DNA from: a virus
IMG/VR virus record: IMGVR_UViG_3300030361_000024
Strand: one strand, 5' to 3'
DNA: 64,000 nt
Each line of letters begins with the position of its first letter. Position 1 is the stretch's first letter. Position numbers and translations under genes: made by a program. This document shows, one piece after another, positions 60,686 to 64,000 of this stretch. A model generated the notes under the pieces. That model had not been told where the DNA came from. It ran no database searches and saw nothing but the letters and a program-made list of their open reading frames with translations.

Positions 60686-61285
60686 ATGACTGACACAAGC
60701 AAAGAAAAGGTGGAGCGGTTTCGTCCTGCCAAAACCGACATGGCGCACTACGAGACAGATGCAGACATGAAGAATGACCCAGATGGCTCTTGGGTTAGAT
60801 ACGAGGATTATGACGCCCTCCGCGCCAAGCTGCAGTCGGCACGGGATGAGGCGCAACACGGCGACGACATTGCGGTTGACCAATTTGCCGCCGCGATGAA
60901 AGCCAAGCTTAAAGACGCACGTGAAAATAAAGGTCGATCAGGCTGGGACGATCCGAAGCGCTGCAGCGACATGTTCTTGGCCTCTGCCCTCCTGCGTCAT
61001 GCTTATAAACACAACGCTGGAACGTTTGAGGACATCGCCAACTTTGCCATGATGCTGCACCAGCGTGGGGTGAGCCCCGCAATTATGAAAGAAGCAAACG
61101 CAGCGTTTGACGCTGAATTCCGAGATGAGGCGCTGGAAGAGGCGGCACAAGCAGTGGAAAGTGTTCGGCATATCGAGAAAGACCACTGGTCCCCAGAGTA
61201 CCGTCAAGGCGGACAGGCTATGAACATCGGTGCGTGTGGTGTAATCCGCGCCCTCAAGTCCACCAGCAATGAGGGGGAAGGGTGA
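60686..61285 (+). CDS. hypothetical protein (199 aa)
   Basis: Clean ORF with a GGAGG RBS. Confidence 0.6.
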   Translation: MTDTSKEKVERFRPAKTDMAHYETDADMKNDPDGSWVRYEDYDALRAKLQSARDEAQHGDDIAVDQFAAAMKAKLKDARENKGRSGWDDPKRCSDMFLASALLRHAYKHNAGTFEDIANFAMMLHQRGVSPAIMKEANAAFDAEFRDEALEEAAQAVESVRHIEKDHWSPEYRQGGQAMNIGACGVIRALKSTSNEGEG

Positions 61286-61491
61286 TGGTCAAACGCAGAA
61301 ACACCGTTGAAAGATGGATCGCAGAAATTTTCCCAACAAAGGAAACCAATCGCAGGGCAGACCTTCGCGACCGAGAAATTGACAAGATGGTTGGCGCTCA
61401 AAAGAGAAAGGCGTCCGACAAAAGCCCTCATACAGATTGGCGATCATTGCTCAAGATTGCACAGGAGACCCCCAATGACCGATCTGATTAA
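61285..61491 (+). CDS. hypothetical protein (68 aa)
   Basis: ATG 61285 overlaps the upstream TGA (TGATG). Confidence 0.5.
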   Translation: MVKRRNTVERWIAEIFPTKETNRRADLRDREIDKMVGAQKRKASDKSPHTDWRSLLKIAQETPNDRSD

Positions 61492-61513
61492 AGCAGCGCT
61501 GGAGTAGCGTCCT

Positions 61514-61906
61514 GTGAAGAGAACAGGGTTTAAGTCACGCGGCAAACCGTTACGCCGAACTGCTCTAGGCAAGAAGCCCAAGCCAATGAAGCAGATCAGC
61601 GACAGCCGCAAGAAGTACCGTAATAGCGCAGAGGGTAAAGCCGCCGCCGAATACATGGCTAAGGTCAAGCAGCTCCCCTGTGCTATTACTGGCAAGGCAG
61701 GCCCGTCAGACGTCCATCACTGTATTAGCGGTAGATACGGCTCACGCAAGGCCAGCGACTGGGACGTTATCCCCCTGTGCGTTGAACTACACCGCCACCC
61801 GTACCCTGACGCCATCCACACGAACAAGCGCGCATGGGAAGAGAAGCACGGGCCGGATACGGATTACATAGAGCAGACACGCAAGCTAGTAGAGGATATG
61901 GATTGA
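61514..61906 (+). CDS. DUF968-like / HNH-related protein (130 aa)
   Basis: GTG start behind GGAG. It has a basic N-terminus, then LPCAITGKAGPSDVHHC...KASDWDVIPLCVELHR. Confidence 0.5.
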   Translation: MKRTGFKSRGKPLRRTALGKKPKPMKQISDSRKKYRNSAEGKAAAEYMAKVKQLPCAITGKAGPSDVHHCISGRYGSRKASDWDVIPLCVELHRHPYPDAIHTNKRAWEEKHGPDTDYIEQTRKLVEDMD

Positions 61907-61907
61907 G

Positions 61908-62156
61908 ATGTTTAAATGGCTGAAGGATCTTTTTGCATCCGCTGAAAGTAGCAAGATCTACACGTGGCGGATTGAGTATGGGAATGATCACTCTGTGACG
62001 GTTAAGAGTTGTCTAGGTGAAGACTTGATGGGGATGTGTTTAGCTAAAGGACATTGGTTTGAATTCTCAGAGGAGGACTACCCTCACAAGACCTTTTTCG
62101 TGTCGCTCAAGGGCGCGCGCATAGTCCGACTGATTAGCGTAGAGGATATGGATTAG
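61908..62156 (+). CDS. hypothetical protein (82 aa)
   Basis: It starts 2 nt after the upstream stop. Confidence 0.55.
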   Translation: MFKWLKDLFASAESSKIYTWRIEYGNDHSVTVKSCLGEDLMGMCLAKGHWFEFSEEDYPHKTFFVSLKGARIVRLISVEDMD

Positions 62157-62224
62157 CATTTGCCCCTTGCGCTTTCTGCCACAGGTGGTATTGATAGGTA
62201 TCCAAGCCAATGAGGAGAAAAGAT

Positions 62225-62620
62225 ATGGTCAACCAAAACAAAGAGGACGTGAATTTCGCCAAAAGTGTTAGCGAAAGCTTTGCCTTGCAACCCAAGCCGC
62301 CGGGACTTAAATTTGAGGAGCTTAGCATTGGTGAGGCAGCTTTCACGATTTACGGAGATGGCCGCATCAAAATCAGCAGTCAATTAACCCCCGACAAAGC
62401 CGCTAAAACAGCGTGGGACGTATTTGTCGGCATGGTTTGCGAACACAATAAAATCGTTGCCGAACGTGAAGCTCTGCGATCTGAACTTAACTCAGTGCGG
62501 AGTAAGGTATTGCAGGAAGTGGCTTCTTGGTATGATAGCAAGGGGTGGCTTCTTGATGAAATGGAAGTGCCCGATGCTATCCGCGCCCTCAAGTCTACCA
62601 ACAAAGGAGAGAACCAATGA
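62225..62620 (+). CDS. hypothetical protein (131 aa)
   Basis: Trimmed to Met6 (ATG 62225) behind AGGAGAA. Confidence 0.55.
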   Translation: MVNQNKEDVNFAKSVSESFALQPKPPGLKFEELSIGEAAFTIYGDGRIKISSQLTPDKAAKTAWDVFVGMVCEHNKIVAEREALRSELNSVRSKVLQEVASWYDSKGWLLDEMEVPDAIRALKSTNKGENQ

Positions 62621-62823
62621 TGACGCATGAGCAGCTTCTAGACAAATGGTCCGACACTATCGACAAGTGGAACACCACCACGGAGAAGCTGGACAAAGCA
62701 TACGACAGGCTTTCATACGCCTATGAGTTGGACCGCATTTTGTCGTGCATGGATCTAGGCGAACATGAGGCAGACATCGCCCGGTGCATGCAGGGTTTGA
62801 TGGGGAGGGGCGGCGATGAATGA
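62617..62823 (+). CDS. hypothetical protein (68 aa)
   Basis: ATGA overlap with the upstream gene. Confidence 0.55.
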   Translation: MMTHEQLLDKWSDTIDKWNTTTEKLDKAYDRLSYAYELDRILSCMDLGEHEADIARCMQGLMGRGGDE

Positions 62824-63148
62824 TTACAGCTTCTCAGTGCCGGATGGCATTAAAGATGAGATGCGTGATATGCGTAGCGCGATTGAACAACTTACTAGCT
62901 CTGCTCTTGATGCTTCTGTTCGCAATAAAGAAAGCCTTATCTTTGGTGAGTTATCAAAGCGTGTTGATGGATTCGATCTGGAAGCGTTTGATAAAAGCCG
63001 CTTGTCGGCCATTCGCCGCACGGGCGGAGATAGGACAGTATATTGCTTAAATGGCAAGCCATTTATGGAGATTGTGGATTTGGACATATCCAATGATGGG
63101 GATCGTATGGTGTTCAATCAGAAGTACAGGGTGATTGACGATGAGTGA
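62816..63148 (+). CDS. hypothetical protein (110 aa)
   Basis: 8-nt overlap with the upstream gene. Confidence 0.6.
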   Translation: MNDYSFSVPDGIKDEMRDMRSAIEQLTSSALDASVRNKESLIFGELSKRVDGFDLEAFDKSRLSAIRRTGGDRTVYCLNGKPFMEIVDLDISNDGDRMVFNQKYRVIDDE

Positions 63149-63362
63149 CGACAAAATCACAGAGTTATTTCCTGGCCAATCCTCTGGCTCGGTTGACGCT
63201 ATCGCAGAGCAGGCAGAGAACGAATGCGAGCGCCTCATGTGCATTGGCTTTACGGAGGACGGGCAACTGGTCATCAAGGCGAGCGGTAACTTCCCTGTGG
63301 CGGAGATGATGTTGGCAATGGAGCTAACCAAACAGATCATCATTGATGACGCGTTGGCGTAG
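63135..63362 (+). CDS. hypothetical acidic protein (75 aa)
   Basis: It overlaps the upstream gene by 14 nt. Confidence 0.55.
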   Translation: MTMSDDKITELFPGQSSGSVDAIAEQAENECERLMCIGFTEDGQLVIKASGNFPVAEMMLAMELTKQIIIDDALA

Positions 63363-63411
63363 GTATGTTTGGTCTATTAGGCATATTCACTGAGCAGTAA
63401 AGGAACACAGT

Positions 63412-63582
63412 GTGGATTTTTTTATCAGCTTCCTATGGGGTGGCGGTGCCGTGGCAGTATGGCGTACAGTGGGCGCGTTTGATGCTATCTTCTGGCCTGT
63501 TTATTTGGGTCGGTATATGGCGAAGATTGCCCTTCGTGACTTTCATGAGAGCAAGTCAAAAGAAAAGCCCCGCCAGTTATGA
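63412..63582 (+). CDS. possible 56-aa membrane micro-protein (GTG start)
   Basis: This is an alternative frame to track ORF 63410..63610. It reads (V/M)DFFISFLWGGGAVAVWRTVGAFDAIFWPVYLGRYMAKIALRDFHESKSKEKPRQL, a TM helix plus a charged tail, which looks more protein-like than the Trp-rich track frame. Confidence 0.35.
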   Translation: MDFFISFLWGGGAVAVWRTVGAFDAIFWPVYLGRYMAKIALRDFHESKSKEKPRQL

Positions 63583-63597
63583 CGGGGTTTATTTGTT
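63565..63597. terminator. bidirectional intrinsic terminator
   Basis: AGCCCCG-N10-CGGGGTT with an A-run upstream and TTTATTTGTT downstream, between converging genes. Confidence 0.6.
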
Positions 63598-63606
63598 AAG
63601 TAAAAG

Positions 63607-63861
63607 TTAGGCTTCAAGTGACGCCATAAAGCATCCGATCAAGCCCAGGCCAATATATTCTTCAACCCGTTTTGCAATGTTTGGGTATCTCATTTCCAGA
63701 ATCTCCACAGCTTTTGCTGTTGTTTGGCCGCCCATTTCCTCCCGGATAAGTTCGGCAACCTTTTCTCTCGCTTCATTAGTTACAAATTCCATAATAATCG
63801 GGTCATTGCGGTAATTAGCGATGTGCTTTGCGGCTACGGTGGCGATCTGTTCGTTTGTCAT
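63607..63861 (-). CDS. hypothetical protein (84 aa)
   Basis: AGGAGA RBS and clean helical composition. Confidence 0.6.
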   Translation of the reverse strand: MTNEQIATVAAKHIANYRNDPIIMEFVTNEAREKVAELIREEMGGQTTAKAVEILEMRYPNIAKRVEEYIGLGLIGCFMASLEA

Positions 63862-64000
63862 GGTGTATCTCCTTCTCTCTGATTACAGGTTTAGCACCTG
63901 TCCAAACGGACGTCAACAGTTTATTTGACAAAAAATCGACGGCGCGTGACAGCCAGTGGGGCTTGTGTTATACTCAGGGCAGACCGCACATGCGGGTATT

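Noticed and set aside
63410-63610. The 66-aa track ORF (MWIFLSASYGVAVPWQYGVQWARL...).
   Set aside because: It is Trp-rich with odd composition and runs through the terminator stem. The +2 frame (63412..63582) gives a more plausible TM-plus-charged-tail micro-protein, though neither frame is certain.

Overview
The window reads as one almost gene-saturated tailed-phage genome segment with no bacterial flanks. I saw no rRNA, tRNA, CRISPR array, integrase or transposase. Modules from left to right are as follows. (i) 1-5.7 kb is nucleotide metabolism: a class II ribonucleotide reductase interrupted by a LAGLIDADG intein, a HAD-like protein and dUTPase, plus a plus-strand XRE / DUF4406-like / membrane-protein cassette. 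(ii) 5.9-12 kb is an accessory region: an HTH-metallophosphoesterase, a secreted protein, a ~0.9 kb ORF-free helix-dense region, an SPFH/Band-7 protein with a tiny membrane partner, and a plus-strand DUF4942-type N6-adenine methyltransferase island. (iii) 12.2-14.7 kb is a lysis cassette: a muramidase plus several membrane or holin-like proteins. (iv) 14.8-15.9 kb is a run of five tiny genes, four extremely Lys-rich and one Met/Gly-rich. (v) 15.9-47 kb is a podovirus-like (T7-supergroup style) virion module. It holds tail fibres, including a 1373-aa protein with two beta-helix modules, a nozzle-like protein, three giant internal or ejection proteins (one carrying SLT and M15 domains), a GNAT, an adaptor-like protein, capsid, scaffold and portal. 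(vi) 47-51 kb is packaging: a SleB-like hydrolase, a DUF262/ParB-like protein, and a large terminase interrupted in its P-loop by a class-3-type intein. No small terminase is recognisable. (vii) 51-58 kb is a minus-strand replication and recombination block: a Dam-like methyltransferase, primase, SF2 helicase, VRR-NUC-like nuclease and SSB. (viii) 58-63.6 kb is a plus-strand early operon of small genes, including a Rad52-like annealase, a GapR/DUF2312-like protein, and DUF1367-like and DUF968-like proteins. No DNA polymerase or RNA polymerase is visible in the window. GapR-like, GTA-type-holin-like and DUF6496-like genes suggest an alphaproteobacterial (Rhodobacterales-like) host; this is inference only. 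All family names come from motif recognition by eye and need HMM confirmation. The most unusual items are the 8.05-8.9 kb structured non-coding region, the two inteins, the basic micro-protein cluster, a tail-fibre ORF with no usable start that is reachable by a -1 shift, and a recurring TTAACATGTTAA palindrome in late-gene intergenic gaps.
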